A stretch of 63,626 bases of DNA, counting the filler. It is 4 parts of 4 records of this genome, joined end to end, with 100 filler letters (N's around TTAATTAATTAA, not from the genome) between each part and the next. Parts side by side here need not be neighbours in the genome. Positions count along the whole stretch, not along the records: positions 16,511 to 41,165 come from SRR22947725_2445; 3 more parts are not named here. One strand, written 5' to 3'. Under the pieces are notes generated by a model. The model was not told the origin of the DNA. It made no database searches and worked only from the letters and a program-made list of their open reading frames with translations. Every line of letters begins with the position of its first letter. The stretch's first letter is position 1. This document shows positions 20,290 to 31,383 of this stretch, one piece after another. The position numbers and the translations under genes were made by a program.

Positions 20290-20997
20290 TTGATTCGCTC
20301 GGATCAAATCTTCAGGAGTGTCTATCCCAACACCAACAAAATCGGTGGGCAACATTTGCATTACCTTTCCCATTTCCAAGTAGCGTATAGCTTCAATTTT
20401 TTCTGCTTGCTCTAGAGGCGTGGGTTCCTGAGCGTAAAAATCGAGCAGTGCCTCTTTGCGAAACGCATAAATCCCTACATGACGGTTTGCCGTTCCATTT
20501 TCACGCATAAAGGGGATCGACGCACGAGAAAAATATAAAGCCCTACCCTGCAAATCGGCTACTACTTTTACAACATTAGGATTTTCGAGGTCTTGCTTAG
20601 AATCAATAGGAATCATTAAAGAGGCCAAGTCTATTTTTTTATCGCGATCGTTTTTAAAGGCATTTATCAAACCGGATAAAGCCTTAGTTGAAATAAAAGG
20701 CTCATCGCCCTGCACATTGATTACCACATCGGCATCAATCTCGGCAACACATTCCGCAACTCGATTACTACCGCAATCATGAGCTATTTGACTTCTATGC
20801 ACCTGTCCGCCTAGAGATTTTATATGGGCTTCAATAATATCTGAATCGGTAGCTACCCAAACCTCATCAAACAAGTTGGTCTGCTTAACCGCTTCATAAG
20901 TGCGTTGTAATACGGTTTTACCGCCTAAATCAGCTAGGAGCTTACCAGGAAAACGTTGAGCCTCATAACGGGCAGGAATAACAGCTAGTATACGCAT
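20278..20997 (-). CDS. kdsB: CMP-KDO synthetase
   Basis: IPARY..RFPGKLL, NVQGDEP, LYFSR, HVGIY, LEQAEKIE, GIDTPED. Confidence 0.95.
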   Translation of the reverse strand: MRILAVIPARYEAQRFPGKLLADLGGKTVLQRTYEAVKQTNLFDEVWVATDSDIIEAHIKSLGGQVHRSQIAHDCGSNRVAECVAEIDADVVINVQGDEPFISTKALSGLINAFKNDRDKKIDLASLMIPIDSKQDLENPNVVKVVADLQGRALYFSRASIPFMRENGTANRHVGIYAFRKEALLDFYAQEPTPLEQAEKIEAIRYLEMGKVMQMLPTDFVGVGIDTPEDLIRANQLLS

Positions 20998-21015
20998 GGC
21001 ACAAAAATAGTCAAA

Positions 21016-22440
21016 TCAATCCTGTTCAAAATGTTCATCAGAAAAACCTACCAAAAACAACTGTTCTGTGGCTCGTGTTACCGCCGTATACAACCATCTA
21101 AAAAAACCAGCATCCAAGCCATCGGGCAAATAAGGTTTTTCAACAAGCACGCGTTTCCACTGTCCTCCTTGTGCCTTATGACAGGTAAATGCATAGGCAT
21201 ACTTAACCTGTAGGGCATTGAAAAAAAAATTTTTCTTTACATTTAAATACTGTTTGTATTGGGGTAAATGTGCATAATCTTCGCGTACTGCTTTATACAG
21301 TTTGTTGTTATCCTCAAAAGACAGTGCATGTGTATCCATTTCCAAAGTATCTAAAATAAACACGGTTTCAAAAGGATCCTCGTCTGGATAGTCGAGCATT
21401 TTTACGGTAACTTCTGCAAAACGAAAATCATACAACTCTTTTATGGCTTTAATCGAAATAACTTCTACAATATCACCATTTGCAATAAAACCTGGACCAG
21501 AGTCTGGAGCCAACCAATGGTAATTATTTTTCACAACCATTATCAGATCACCAGAAGCGAGTTCGTGTTCTTTCCCCAAAATCTGCGTGCGAATTTGCTT
21601 ATTGTATCCATTTGCTCTTTTATTTGACCGCACAATACAAGCCGTTTCTTCACGACCAACCTCGCGAAAAGCAGTTTCCAACGCATCTTGAATTTCAATA
21701 CCATCTTGTAGCCGAATAATGTCTGGAAATTTTGCTAAAGCAAACCGAAATTGAAGGGTGTCTTTCGTCATAAGTTGATGACGAATGCGCGTAGCATTGA
21801 ATAAAATTCCAGAATCACTTCCCTGACGAACAACCTCACTAAGTTCAACTTCAGAAGGCACCAAACCATGCTCTAATGATAGTACTTGCATATCAAGTGC
21901 TGGGCTTAATTCAGTATGTACGGGTGGTAGCTGAGCCGTATCTCCTACAAGCAATAGCTTACAATCTTCACCAGAATGCACGTAATGTATCAGATCGTGT
22001 AGCAGCGATCCGTTTTCAAAAAGTTTACTTTGCTGTTGTTGATCTGCAATCATGGATGCTTCATCAACTACAAATAATGTCCGCTTAAACTTATTTTTTT
22101 GCAACTTAAATTTTAGGTTTCCCTGTCGTTCTTGATGGGTGAAATATATTCGCTTATGAATCGTGTATGCTGTCCTACCTGCATACGCAGCCATAACTTT
22201 TGCTGCTCTTCCTGTAGGAGCAAGCAAAACCGTTTTATAGCGCATAGACCCTGCACTCTTGACAAGCGTTCCTACTAGCGTAGTTTTTCCTGTTCCAGCA
22301 TATCCTTTAAGCAACAAAACCTCATTTGATTCTGAAGATGTAAAAAAGGAAGCAAAGGCCTCTAAGGCCTTTTCCTGAGAATTAGTGGGTGTAAACGGGA
22401 ATGTTGATTTTATAGTTTTTAAGAATTCTACGGCATTCAT
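21016..22440 (-). CDS. RecD-like SF1 ATP-dependent helicase
   Basis: GYAGTGKT, LAPTGRAA, VDEASM, GDTAQLPP, AFTCHKAQG, YTAVTRA. Confidence 0.9.
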   Translation of the reverse strand: MNAVEFLKTIKSTFPFTPTNSQEKALEAFASFFTSSESNEVLLLKGYAGTGKTTLVGTLVKSAGSMRYKTVLLAPTGRAAKVMAAYAGRTAYTIHKRIYFTHQERQGNLKFKLQKNKFKRTLFVVDEASMIADQQQQSKLFENGSLLHDLIHYVHSGEDCKLLLVGDTAQLPPVHTELSPALDMQVLSLEHGLVPSEVELSEVVRQGSDSGILFNATRIRHQLMTKDTLQFRFALAKFPDIIRLQDGIEIQDALETAFREVGREETACIVRSNKRANGYNKQIRTQILGKEHELASGDLIMVVKNNYHWLAPDSGPGFIANGDIVEVISIKAIKELYDFRFAEVTVKMLDYPDEDPFETVFILDTLEMDTHALSFEDNNKLYKAVREDYAHLPQYKQYLNVKKNFFFNALQVKYAYAFTCHKAQGGQWKRVLVEKPYLPDGLDAGFFRWLYTAVTRATEQLFLVGFSDEHFEQD

Positions 22441-22525
22441 TGGCTAAATGTAGGAATGTTTTATTGAAGGGCACATAGATGGAAAAAAATTGTAAATTTG
22501 TTTTTGTCAAACAATAGATGTTAGC

Positions 22526-23176
22526 ATGAAAAAATTCTTACTACCTACGCTTTGGATTCTGATCTTATTTTTTGGATACCAACTATTCAACTCTGTATAT
22601 GACCCTATCCAATTTAATAAAGTTAAAACAGAACGCTACGCCGCTGTTATTAAAAACTTAAAAGATATTGGAAGTGCACAAGTTGCACACAAAAGCGTTA
22701 CCGGACTTTATGCTGATAATTTTAAAAGTTTAATTTCATTTATTGATACGGCTCAATATGTACTTATAGAAAAGCGAGATTCAAGTTATTTAGAATACGA
22801 TCGAGTGTATAGAATCGATATGCTGCGTGAGGTTCAAATTGTTGATACACTTGGGTTTGCTTCAGTGAAAGACTCCTTATATGGCACATCTGATCACTAC
22901 AAATCAATGATGAACGTTCCTGTAAAAGGAATCGATACTGTATTTAGCATAAAATCTGATATCGTTGACAAGAATGGATATCAAGTTCCTGTTTTTGAGG
23001 TTAGCGTCTCTAAAGACTTGGTACTACACGACCAAGACCCCTATTTACTGGAGCAAGAAAAAGCTATTATTTCTGTTGACGGAGTTAATGGTCCTGCAAT
23101 TATCTTAGGATCCCTTACAGAGGTTAGCACCAACGGAAACTGGCCAACTATTTACGATGCCGGAATACAAGATTAA
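22526..23176 (+). CDS. Conserved Bacteroidetes membrane-anchored hypothetical protein
   Basis: N-terminal TM, C-terminal GSL...TNGNW; usual position before DUF3822-rsmD. Confidence 0.75.
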   Translation: MKKFLLPTLWILILFFGYQLFNSVYDPIQFNKVKTERYAAVIKNLKDIGSAQVAHKSVTGLYADNFKSLISFIDTAQYVLIEKRDSSYLEYDRVYRIDMLREVQIVDTLGFASVKDSLYGTSDHYKSMMNVPVKGIDTVFSIKSDIVDKNGYQVPVFEVSVSKDLVLHDQDPYLLEQEKAIISVDGVNGPAIILGSLTEVSTNGNWPTIYDAGIQD

Positions 23177-23975
23177 AAAGACTAAAAACAATTTGTTATT
23201 ATCCATTCACATACATGTGAATGGATTTTCTTTTTTCACCCACGAGGCTACTTCCAATAAAGCAAATAACATATATCATACCGCTTTTTCAGAAGGCATC
23301 GCTGTAAACAAGCTTCACGAAGCGCTATATACTGAGCTTAAAGCTAATGGGGTAATCGGCCAATCTTTTAAGGAAGTACGTTGTAGTGTAGAAAACAATT
23401 TAGCAACCCTAGTTCCTAAGTCACTTTTTGAAGAATCGGCATTACAAGAATATGTCCGTCATGATATTGATATCCGTGAAAATGATTTTGTAACTTATGA
23501 CATCATACCTAGTGTTGATTGGGTTACGGTTTATATCCCCTTTGTAAACGTAAACAACATGCTTATTGACGCTTTTGGTTCATTTAGCTATTACCACTCG
23601 GTTAGTGTTTGGTTGGGTGCTACTAGCAAACACAAAGAAACAGATGGAGAACTAACTTGGAGCATGCATAAGTCAGGGGATAGAATCCATATTGCACTAT
23701 TGCGCGATACTAAACTTCAATTTTATAATTGTTTTAGTGCAGTTACACCTGAGGATGTTGCGTATTATGTTCTTCTCACAGCAAAAGAAAACAACATCAG
23801 CCCAAATGAGGTCCCACTCTATTTGGTTGGAGACATCGCGCATGGAGATGCAACTTACAAAGCACTGTATAGTTTTGTGCGAAGCTTAAATATGCTGTCG
23901 CCTGAAGCCAATTTAACATTTCCAGCGCCTAGAATAAACATGCACCAAGACTTCTGTCTGCTAAATTTATTCTAA
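23157..23975 (+). CDS. DUF3822-family protein
   Basis: LSIHI..NGFSF, TLVPKSLF, YNCF...DVAYY; synteny with rsmD. Confidence 0.7.
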   Translation: MPEYKIKKTKNNLLLSIHIHVNGFSFFTHEATSNKANNIYHTAFSEGIAVNKLHEALYTELKANGVIGQSFKEVRCSVENNLATLVPKSLFEESALQEYVRHDIDIRENDFVTYDIIPSVDWVTVYIPFVNVNNMLIDAFGSFSYYHSVSVWLGATSKHKETDGELTWSMHKSGDRIHIALLRDTKLQFYNCFSAVTPEDVAYYVLLTAKENNISPNEVPLYLVGDIAHGDATYKALYSFVRSLNMLSPEANLTFPAPRINMHQDFCLLNLF

Positions 23976-24511
23976 TGCGGATAATATCTGGAACCCATAA
24001 GGGAAGGCGTATAAGTCCGCCAAAAAAACTACCTGTTAGACCAACAACAGATAGAGCTAAAGAATCTCTTTTTAACATACTTATTCATCAGTATGCCTTT
24101 GAAGGATGTGATGTGTTGGACTTATTTTCTGGTACAGGAAGCATTAGTTATGAATTTGCTTCTCGTGGAGTAGCATCAGTTATTGCTGTAGATCAAAACA
24201 ACGCTTGCGTTAAGTTTATTGAAGCTACTACTGAAGCACTTGACATGCCCATTCAGGCGATCCGTGCTGCGGTTTTACCTTTTTTAGAGCGTCATATCAG
24301 CCCATATGGTTTTGTATTTGCAGACCCTCCCTATGAGTTTACTTTAGACGCATATCAACAATTAATAACTGTAGTTTTTAGTCGTAATCTTTTAGAGAAA
24401 GACGGTTTGCTCATTGTTGAGCATGCAGAACAAATAAACTTAAGCGACTTACCCTATTTTACTGAATCGCGTAACTATGGGGGTTGTGTCTTTTCGTTTT
24501 TTGGTTGGTAA
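23975..24511 (+). CDS. rsmD: 16S rRNA m2G966 methyltransferase
   Basis: MRIISG, RPTTDRAKESLFN, LDLFSGTG, FADPPY. Confidence 0.93.
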   Translation: MRIISGTHKGRRISPPKKLPVRPTTDRAKESLFNILIHQYAFEGCDVLDLFSGTGSISYEFASRGVASVIAVDQNNACVKFIEATTEALDMPIQAIRAAVLPFLERHISPYGFVFADPPYEFTLDAYQQLITVVFSRNLLEKDGLLIVEHAEQINLSDLPYFTESRNYGGCVFSFFGW

Positions 24512-25369
24512 CTATTCCTTACCTGCACGAAACAGGTAAGCTTTTTCTTCTTTAGTCAAGCTTTCGTAACCAGAAGCAGCAATTTTATCCAAGATTATAT
24601 CAACTTTTTTCTGATCAATTGAAGATGTAGATTTACGTGTTTGCTTACGCTTTGTGTTTCTTTTAGGGGAGGTTGTCCGATTTATACTATTCTTAATCCA
24701 TTCAACCGTACGCATGAACCAACCTCCGATATCATTCCCCTTTAAAAATTCGCGTTGATACAAATACCCCCACAGTGCACCTCCCAAATGAGCGATATGA
24801 CCTCCAGCATTTGAACTAGGAATTTGGACTACATCCAAGAAAATAAATAAAAGTGCTATATACTTTAGAGGGACAGAAAAAACAAATACTCTCACAGGTG
24901 AATTCGGCATATAAGACGCCATAAAAACGAGTACTGCCATTACCCCTGCGGAACTTCCTATTAGCATGGAAGATTGCTGTCGGAAAGCAGGTAAGCTGTT
25001 ATACGATAGCAAATACATTAACCCTCCAGCAAGAATTCCTATAAAAAAGGTATTGAGAAGAAGTTTTTTTTGAAATAAGTTAAGCATTAGGCCCCCTGAT
25101 ATATATAACAAAAGCATGTTCCAAAACACATGACCCAATGAACCATGAAAAAAACCGTACGTAATCAAGGTCCAAGGTTTTGTGAAGACCTCATTTAAAT
25201 TGGCTGAAAGCTCAAAAAACGATAACCATCCAGAAAACGAACTATTGAATAAAAACAAGAATGTATTCAAGAACAATGGCACAACGAATAGAAATGCAAT
25301 AACCGCAATTAGCTTTTCCAGCACATTGAGTTGTGCATACCGTAGTTGTAAATTTTGAATAAAACTCAT
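24512..25369 (-). CDS. Rhomboid intramembrane serine protease with C-terminal DUF6576-like tail
   Basis: HVFWNM, GSSAG, AHLGG, VDIILDKI..SGYESLT. Confidence 0.88.
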   Translation of the reverse strand: MSFIQNLQLRYAQLNVLEKLIAVIAFLFVVPLFLNTFLFLFNSSFSGWLSFFELSANLNEVFTKPWTLITYGFFHGSLGHVFWNMLLLYISGGLMLNLFQKKLLLNTFFIGILAGGLMYLLSYNSLPAFRQQSSMLIGSSAGVMAVLVFMASYMPNSPVRVFVFSVPLKYIALLFIFLDVVQIPSSNAGGHIAHLGGALWGYLYQREFLKGNDIGGWFMRTVEWIKNSINRTTSPKRNTKRKQTRKSTSSIDQKKVDIILDKIAASGYESLTKEEKAYLFRAGKE

Positions 25370-26052
25370 TATCCCCAGCGGTTTTTATTAAACTGATTCC
25401 GTTTCCAATACCACATAATCAAAAAGCCAGTAACAGCACCTCCCACGTGAGCAAAGTGTGCAATAGGACCCATAGAATACGAAGAAAAACCAAAGAATAA
25501 ATCCATTAAAAGAATAAGAGGAACAAAATACTTCGCTTTAATTGGAATAGGCAAAAAGATAAGCATCAATTCCGCATTAGGAAACATAAAGGCAAAAGCA
25601 ACCAAAACACCATACAAAGCGCCTGAAGCCCCTACCATAGTAACATTAAATAGAGATTGCCCTTCTTGCAAGCTATTGTATATCGCATCTAGTTGATATC
25701 CTTGAGCAACTAGCTCATTTACCCAGTCTTGAATTTGAAGGTGATATACCAATATTTGAAGCAATGCAGCGCCAATACCTGTAGAAAAATAAAAAAATAA
25801 AAACTTATTCTTTCCCCACATTTGAGCCAATGGCGACCCAAACATCCAAAGCCCAAACATATTAAACAAAATATGAGAAATACTGCCATGCATAAACATA
25901 TGCGTTACAAGCTGCCAAATCCCAAATAAATTATTTTTGGGGTAATGCAATGCCAAAACGTCATAAGTAATTTCGCCAGCAAACTGACTCCCTATAAAAA
26001 CCAGCACATTGATTACAATGAGTTGTTTTATAATTTCAGGTACATTTCTCAT
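25369..26052 (-). CDS. Rhomboid intramembrane serine protease
   Basis: HMFMH, HILFNM, GASGA, AHFAHVGG. Confidence 0.92.
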   Translation of the reverse strand: MRNVPEIIKQLIVINVLVFIGSQFAGEITYDVLALHYPKNNLFGIWQLVTHMFMHGSISHILFNMFGLWMFGSPLAQMWGKNKFLFFYFSTGIGAALLQILVYHLQIQDWVNELVAQGYQLDAIYNSLQEGQSLFNVTMVGASGALYGVLVAFAFMFPNAELMLIFLPIPIKAKYFVPLILLMDLFFGFSSYSMGPIAHFAHVGGAVTGFLIMWYWKRNQFNKNRWG

Positions 26053-27818
26053 GGTCTAAAAAAAAGTTCTAACTCATTTGCTGAAAGAATTCGAAAGGTA
26101 GCATTTCCATTTAAGGAACGATCTGGTTCTTTGCACAAAAAAAGTTTGTGGATCAATTCAATTTGTTCATGTGTTTCTAAAACACGTCCAGTGGCTATAC
26201 TACGCTGTGCTGCCAATGCTCGTGCCATTACATCACGCTGCGAAAAGGCATGAACCGTGCCATTAGTGGTCTGTGTCAGCCACTGATTTATGAAAATCGG
26301 GATGTCATCAATAGAAAACACTTCAGGAATCGCATTAAAAGCAATGGTATCTCCATCTGTCTTTTCAACACCAAAGCCCATGTCAACCAACAAGTTTTGA
26401 TGTGCTTTAAATACAGCAACACTTGGACTGTCTAGTGTTATGGAAAGGGGAAGTGCTAAAGGCTGTGAGCCAACCTGTATTGTTTCCCAACTACGCATAT
26501 ATTCTTCGTAAAGCATACGTTCATGTGCACGACGCTGATGGATTATCAATACACCATTTTCATGAGGTGCTATCAAGTATTTTTTATTCCATTGAAATGA
26601 AAATGAAATTGAAGGTGGACTGGCTTCAATTAAGGGTTGAATGTTGGAATCAGAATGATCATCATCTTCAAATACCACTCTTTTTGTAGGTTTAATTGAT
26701 CCAGAAGACGCGGCAAATGGATTAAACGATGCATCAACAGATACACGGGGGCTAATTGGTGCTGATTTATATTGTGTGTAGGGAGTGTCAAGGGACTTAT
26801 CCTTAGAGAAATCCAACACTGGTGCGATACTAAACTGTCCCAAACTGTGTTTTACTGCAGCACGCAATACGGCATAAAGCGCATGTTCGTCTTCAAACTT
26901 GACTTCAGTTTTAGTGGGATGAATATTAATGTCAATCTGATCAGTAGGAACCTTTAAAAATAAAAAATAGCCCGGTTGATGATTTGGTGAAAGCAATCCC
27001 TCAAATGCTGCCATAACGGCATGGTGTAAAAAACCACTTTTAATAAATCGGTCATTAACAAAGAAAAACTGTTGATGTCTTGATTTTTTGGCAAAACTTG
27101 GTTTTATAACAAACCCTTCAACACCAACAAGTTCAGTTGTTTCTGAAACTGGCACCAAACGTTCGTCAAATTTTGATCCAAACACATGTACAATCCGTTG
27201 TCTTATTGAAGTAGAAGGCAATTGAAAGACTTCACTCCCATTGTGGATTAATTCAAATTGGATGTCATGATGAACTAATGCAACTCGATGAAATTCGTCG
27301 GTAACGTGACGAAATTCAACTTGAGGTGACTTTAAAAAATTACGTCGAGCAGGAATGTTGAAAAATAAATTCTTAACAGTTACAGAAGTACCAATAGCTG
27401 CTGTAGCACGCTGTTGATTCGTAACCGATGATCCTTCTATATCAATGCAAATACCCAATTCATCGTGACTTGTTTTTGTGATGAGTTGAACCTGTGAAAC
27501 TGCAGCAATACTAGCCATTGCTTCTCCACGAAACCCCTTTGTGTTTAAGTTGAATAAATCATCGGCTTTTTCGATTTTAGAAGTCGCGTGACGCTCAAAG
27601 CACATTCTAGCATCGGTTTCGCTCATCCCTCTTCCGTTGTCGACTACCTGAATGTGGGCTTTTCCAGCCTCTTTAACAATGAGTGAAATTCGGGTTGCTC
27701 CTGCGTCAATGGCGTTTTCCAACAATTCTTTTACGACCGAAGCCGGACGTTGTACAACTTCACCTGCAGCAATTTGATTGGCTACATGGTCTGGGAGTAA
27801 TCGAATAATATCACCCAT
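26049..27818 (-). CDS. mutL: DNA mismatch repair protein MutL
   Basis: NQIAAGEVVQRP, GFRGEA, DINIHPTK, HQRRAHER. Confidence 0.96.
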   Translation of the reverse strand: MGDIIRLLPDHVANQIAAGEVVQRPASVVKELLENAIDAGATRISLIVKEAGKAHIQVVDNGRGMSETDARMCFERHATSKIEKADDLFNLNTKGFRGEAMASIAAVSQVQLITKTSHDELGICIDIEGSSVTNQQRATAAIGTSVTVKNLFFNIPARRNFLKSPQVEFRHVTDEFHRVALVHHDIQFELIHNGSEVFQLPSTSIRQRIVHVFGSKFDERLVPVSETTELVGVEGFVIKPSFAKKSRHQQFFFVNDRFIKSGFLHHAVMAAFEGLLSPNHQPGYFLFLKVPTDQIDINIHPTKTEVKFEDEHALYAVLRAAVKHSLGQFSIAPVLDFSKDKSLDTPYTQYKSAPISPRVSVDASFNPFAASSGSIKPTKRVVFEDDDHSDSNIQPLIEASPPSISFSFQWNKKYLIAPHENGVLIIHQRRAHERMLYEEYMRSWETIQVGSQPLALPLSITLDSPSVAVFKAHQNLLVDMGFGVEKTDGDTIAFNAIPEVFSIDDIPIFINQWLTQTTNGTVHAFSQRDVMARALAAQRSIATGRVLETHEQIELIHKLFLCKEPDRSLNGNATFRILSANELELFFRP

Positions 27819-27823
27819 AGAGT

Positions 27824-28105
27824 CTAAAAAATAGTGAGATCAAAATCGAGTACATAAAATGCAGCCAAAAGCAACACAGCAATAATTAGTACTAACCTTG
27901 GTGAAATGACTCTGTTTTTACGATTACGACTCATTTGACGTGCATCACGCCAATGTGCCCCAAAGTTATTTACATTAGGGGTGTCGCGGTATTGCTCAAA
28001 GGTAGACCCAAACGCATATGGGTTTGCCGACTGTTTCCCCTTAAAATATCGTGGGGTGTAGTTAAATCTACGGTTGGAACGCTGTTTTGGAAATGATAAA
28101 CGCAC
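27824..28105 (-). CDS. Small conserved Flavobacteria protein (RFNYTPRY motif, C-terminal TM)
   Basis: NRRFNYTPRYFKG and hydrophobic C-terminus; probable GTG start at 28105 rather than ORF-track 28237. Confidence 0.6.
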   Translation of the reverse strand: MRLSFPKQRSNRRFNYTPRYFKGKQSANPYAFGSTFEQYRDTPNVNNFGAHWRDARQMSRNRKNRVISPRLVLIIAVLLLAAFYVLDFDLTIF

Positions 28106-28172
28106 AGATATAAATATGAATATCAAATGTACAAAAAGCATACTAATGCCCACAATGGCTATCTTTGTATTT

Positions 28173-29177
28173 ATGACAGACGCAAAACTCTCGCAATTAG
28201 CACAGTGGCTAACTAAATCATTACAAGTCGTAATCATTCCACATAAAAATCCTGATGGAGATGCTATGGGCAGTTGCCTGGCGTGGCAAAAAATTCTTTG
28301 CCAACTCGGGCATCACGCTTCTGTAATTACGCCTAACTCCTACCCGACTTTTTTACATTGGCTTCCTGGACACGATGAAGTCATTAATTATGAAAAGGAA
28401 CAAGAAAATGCAGAATCGCTTATTGCAAATGCTGACATCATCTTCACACTTGATTTTAACACGCTAAAGCGAATTGATGAGATGGGAGTTCGCGTAGCAT
28501 CAAGTAGTGCGAAAAAAATCATGATTGATCACCATCAAGAACCTGATGATTATGCCGACTTAATGTTTTCGGAACCATCTATGGGGTCAACATGCGAGCT
28601 TGTATATCATATAATTATGGGGTTGCAAAAACAGCAATACATCGATAGTGATGTAGCAACTTGTTTGTACACAGGCATACTTACGGATACAGGATCCTTT
28701 CGATTCCCTAGCGTAACCCCCACAACCCACAGAGCCGTGGCTGACCTTATTGAGCGCGGAGCAAATCATAGTAACATTCATGACAACATCAAAGACAGTG
28801 CGCGCCCTGATCGACTAAAGCTTTTAGGAACTGCACTTAGCAACATGAAATTTTTAGAAAATTGTAACACGGCTTACATAACTTTAAGTCAAGAGGAATT
28901 AGATCGTTGCAACTACCAAAAAGGTGATACAGAAGGGTTTGTTAATTATTGTCTCTCTATTTCGGTGATTCAATTTGCCGTAATCATGACAGAACATAAA
29001 AAAGAAAATATTATAAAAATGTCGTTCAGAAGTAAAGGTGACTTTGCGGCAAATGTATTCGCTAAAACTTACTTTGAAGGAGGTGGGCACACCAATGCAG
29101 CAGGAGGGAAATCAGATCGAACGCTTATAGAAACTGAAAAACACTTTAAAGCGGCTTTAAAAACATTTTTAAACTAA
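28173..29177 (+). CDS. nrnA: DHH/DHHA1 phosphoesterase (NrnA-like)
   Basis: [31 protein letters not shown]; start set at ATG 28173 after TATCTTTG. Confidence 0.88.
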   Translation: MTDAKLSQLAQWLTKSLQVVIIPHKNPDGDAMGSCLAWQKILCQLGHHASVITPNSYPTFLHWLPGHDEVINYEKEQENAESLIANADIIFTLDFNTLKRIDEMGVRVASSSAKKIMIDHHQEPDDYADLMFSEPSMGSTCELVYHIIMGLQKQQYIDSDVATCLYTGILTDTGSFRFPSVTPTTHRAVADLIERGANHSNIHDNIKDSARPDRLKLLGTALSNMKFLENCNTAYITLSQEELDRCNYQKGDTEGFVNYCLSISVIQFAVIMTEHKKENIIKMSFRSKGDFAANVFAKTYFEGGGHTNAAGGKSDRTLIETEKHFKAALKTFLN

Positions 29178-29227
29178 GGATTACCTTATTTTTTTTGTAT
29201 TTTTCACCTCTCAATAATTACCATATC

Positions 29228-30310
29228 ATGAAATATATCTCGTTACTTTTTGTTGGCCTACTATTTTTTATAGGATGTTCAACTTCTAAAAAGGATTTAG
29301 AAAAAGGCTTATATGCTGAAATCCAAACCAATAAAGGAAATATCCTACTTCAGCTTACCTACAAACAAACGCCTAATACTGTAGCAAACTTTATCTCGCT
29401 AGCTGAGGGGACTAACAATCAAGTAGATAGTGTTCACATTGGTAAACCATATTACAACGGAACTGTATTTCATCGTGTCATCCCCGATTTTATGATTCAA
29501 GGAGGAGACCCTACTGCAACTGGGCAAGGTGGTCCAGGATATAAATTTGAAGATGAATTTGCTGATGAACTAAAGCATGATAAAGCCGGTACATTGTCTA
29601 TGGCAAATGCAGGACCTGGAACAAATGGAAGCCAATTTTTCATTACTCATAAGGAAACGCCCTGGTTAGATGGTAAACACAGTGTTTTTGGACATGTAAT
29701 TACTGGTCAAGAAGTCGTAGACTCTATTCAACAAAATGACACAATTCAAGCCGTTGAAATTATACGTAAAGGAAGTAAGGCTAGAAAATTTAAAGCCAGT
29801 GCGGTTTTTGATGCTTACTTTGATGGGATTGAGGAACGAAAAGCTGCACGAATTGCCAAACTTGAAAAGGCAAAGCTCAATAAATCATCAGAGTTAAAAG
29901 CATTAAAAGAGCAAGCGACTACAACTTCAAGTGGACTTTCATATGTAATCACAACAAAAACAGAAGGAGCAGCTGTAGTCCCTGGAGTCACAGCAATGAC
30001 TCACTATGCTGTTTATTTTGAAGATGGGAAACTTTTAGATACTTCTATCGCTTCAATTGCAAAGGCTTACGACACCTATGATTCACGTAGAGACAACTCT
30101 GGTGGCTATTCCCCTATAGAAGCACGCATTGACCCTGAAGTGTCCTTAATACAAGGGTTTAAAGAAGGCTTAGGGTTATTGAAATCTGGTGAAAAAGCAA
30201 CACTCTACCTACCCTACCAAATTGCCTATGGCGAACAAGGCAATTCGGTAATTCCTCCCAAGGCTACGCTTATTTTTGAGGTGGAAATCGTAGATGTGAA
30301 AGGTAAATAG
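29228..30310 (+). CDS. Lipoprotein peptidyl-prolyl isomerase, cyclophilin + FKBP domains
   Basis: Lipobox [27 protein letters not shown], then [22 protein letters not shown]. Confidence 0.9.
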   Translation: MKYISLLFVGLLFFIGCSTSKKDLEKGLYAEIQTNKGNILLQLTYKQTPNTVANFISLAEGTNNQVDSVHIGKPYYNGTVFHRVIPDFMIQGGDPTATGQGGPGYKFEDEFADELKHDKAGTLSMANAGPGTNGSQFFITHKETPWLDGKHSVFGHVITGQEVVDSIQQNDTIQAVEIIRKGSKARKFKASAVFDAYFDGIEERKAARIAKLEKAKLNKSSELKALKEQATTTSSGLSYVITTKTEGAAVVPGVTAMTHYAVYFEDGKLLDTSIASIAKAYDTYDSRRDNSGGYSPIEARIDPEVSLIQGFKEGLGLLKSGEKATLYLPYQIAYGEQGNSVIPPKATLIFEVEIVDVKGK

Positions 30311-30312
30311 AA

Positions 30313-31341
30313 GTGTCCGCTATAAAGCAGCTCTTAACAACCCTTTTTTTACTATTCATTTTACTTTGTGTTGGGATTTATTTTCCGCAATGGATAAGTC
30401 GTTATTATATCCAAGGCTTTTACCCTTTCTTGTCTACAATAAACCAGTCGTTGTGGGCCTCAATACCTTTTTCGATAGGTGACATTGGCTACCTAGTGGC
30501 TATTGTGCTGATTGTCAAAAACCTAATTCGCTTCTCATTCAGACGGCAGTTTTGGAAAGCATTATCAGTTTTTTTAATCGCTATTCTTATCTTCTATTGT
30601 TCTTGGGGGCTTTTGTATTTCAAAACGCCTATTCGCGAAGAACGAAAACTCCCTAACACGCTTACCGTTTCTGTTTTAACAGAAACCGCTACATATTATG
30701 CAAACCAACTAAAGGAACAACACCTAGCGCTAAGCAAATCACCACAGGAACCTATCCGAATTGATGTCGGCACTTCTGATCTTTTAGCACTAGCAACTGA
30801 AACCATGGAAAATTCATCCTTACGTCCTGATAAAATACATGGAAAGGCTAAAGCCACGCTTTTTCCCACTCTTTTAAGCTACATGGGGTTTGGTGGGTAT
30901 GCAAATCCGTTTACACATGAAGCTCAAGTAAACACACTGCAACCCAAGCTAAGCATCCTAACAACTGCATGCCATGAAATTGCCCATCAGTGGGGCTATG
31001 CTCAAGAAGATGAGGCTAATTATATTGGCATAAAAGCAAGTATTCATGCAGCAAATCCACTAGTTGTTTATGCTGGGAATTTATTGGCCTTTAGGTATTT
31101 AATTAATAGCCTACACTCCGCAGATGCAGATCAATCTCAAAAGATAATTGCAACGCTTCCAGAAGGTGTAATTGCGCATATAAAGGAATCTCAATCCTTT
31201 TGGAAACATTATCAAAACCCCTTTGAAATCGTATTTGAAAAGAGTTACGATCAATACCTTAAAATAAATAAGCAAAAAGAAGGGATCAAAAGCTATTCTT
31301 TAGTCGTTGGTCTTTTGGTAGACGATGTATGCAAACTATAA
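30313..31341 (+). CDS. DUF3810-family zincin-like membrane protein
   Basis: PFSIGD, GYANPFTHEAQ, HEIAHQWG..EDEAN. Confidence 0.8.
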   Translation: MSAIKQLLTTLFLLFILLCVGIYFPQWISRYYIQGFYPFLSTINQSLWASIPFSIGDIGYLVAIVLIVKNLIRFSFRRQFWKALSVFLIAILIFYCSWGLLYFKTPIREERKLPNTLTVSVLTETATYYANQLKEQHLALSKSPQEPIRIDVGTSDLLALATETMENSSLRPDKIHGKAKATLFPTLLSYMGFGGYANPFTHEAQVNTLQPKLSILTTACHEIAHQWGYAQEDEANYIGIKASIHAANPLVVYAGNLLAFRYLINSLHSADADQSQKIIATLPEGVIAHIKESQSFWKHYQNPFEIVFEKSYDQYLKINKQKEGIKSYSLVVGLLVDDVCKL

Positions 31342-31383
31342 AATTGTCTATTGTGATGCGTTTACATTGATTACTTTTGCTTC

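Noticed and set aside
24512-27818. mutL followed by tandem rhomboid proteases as a novel system
   Set aside because: Common conserved Bacteroidetes gene order
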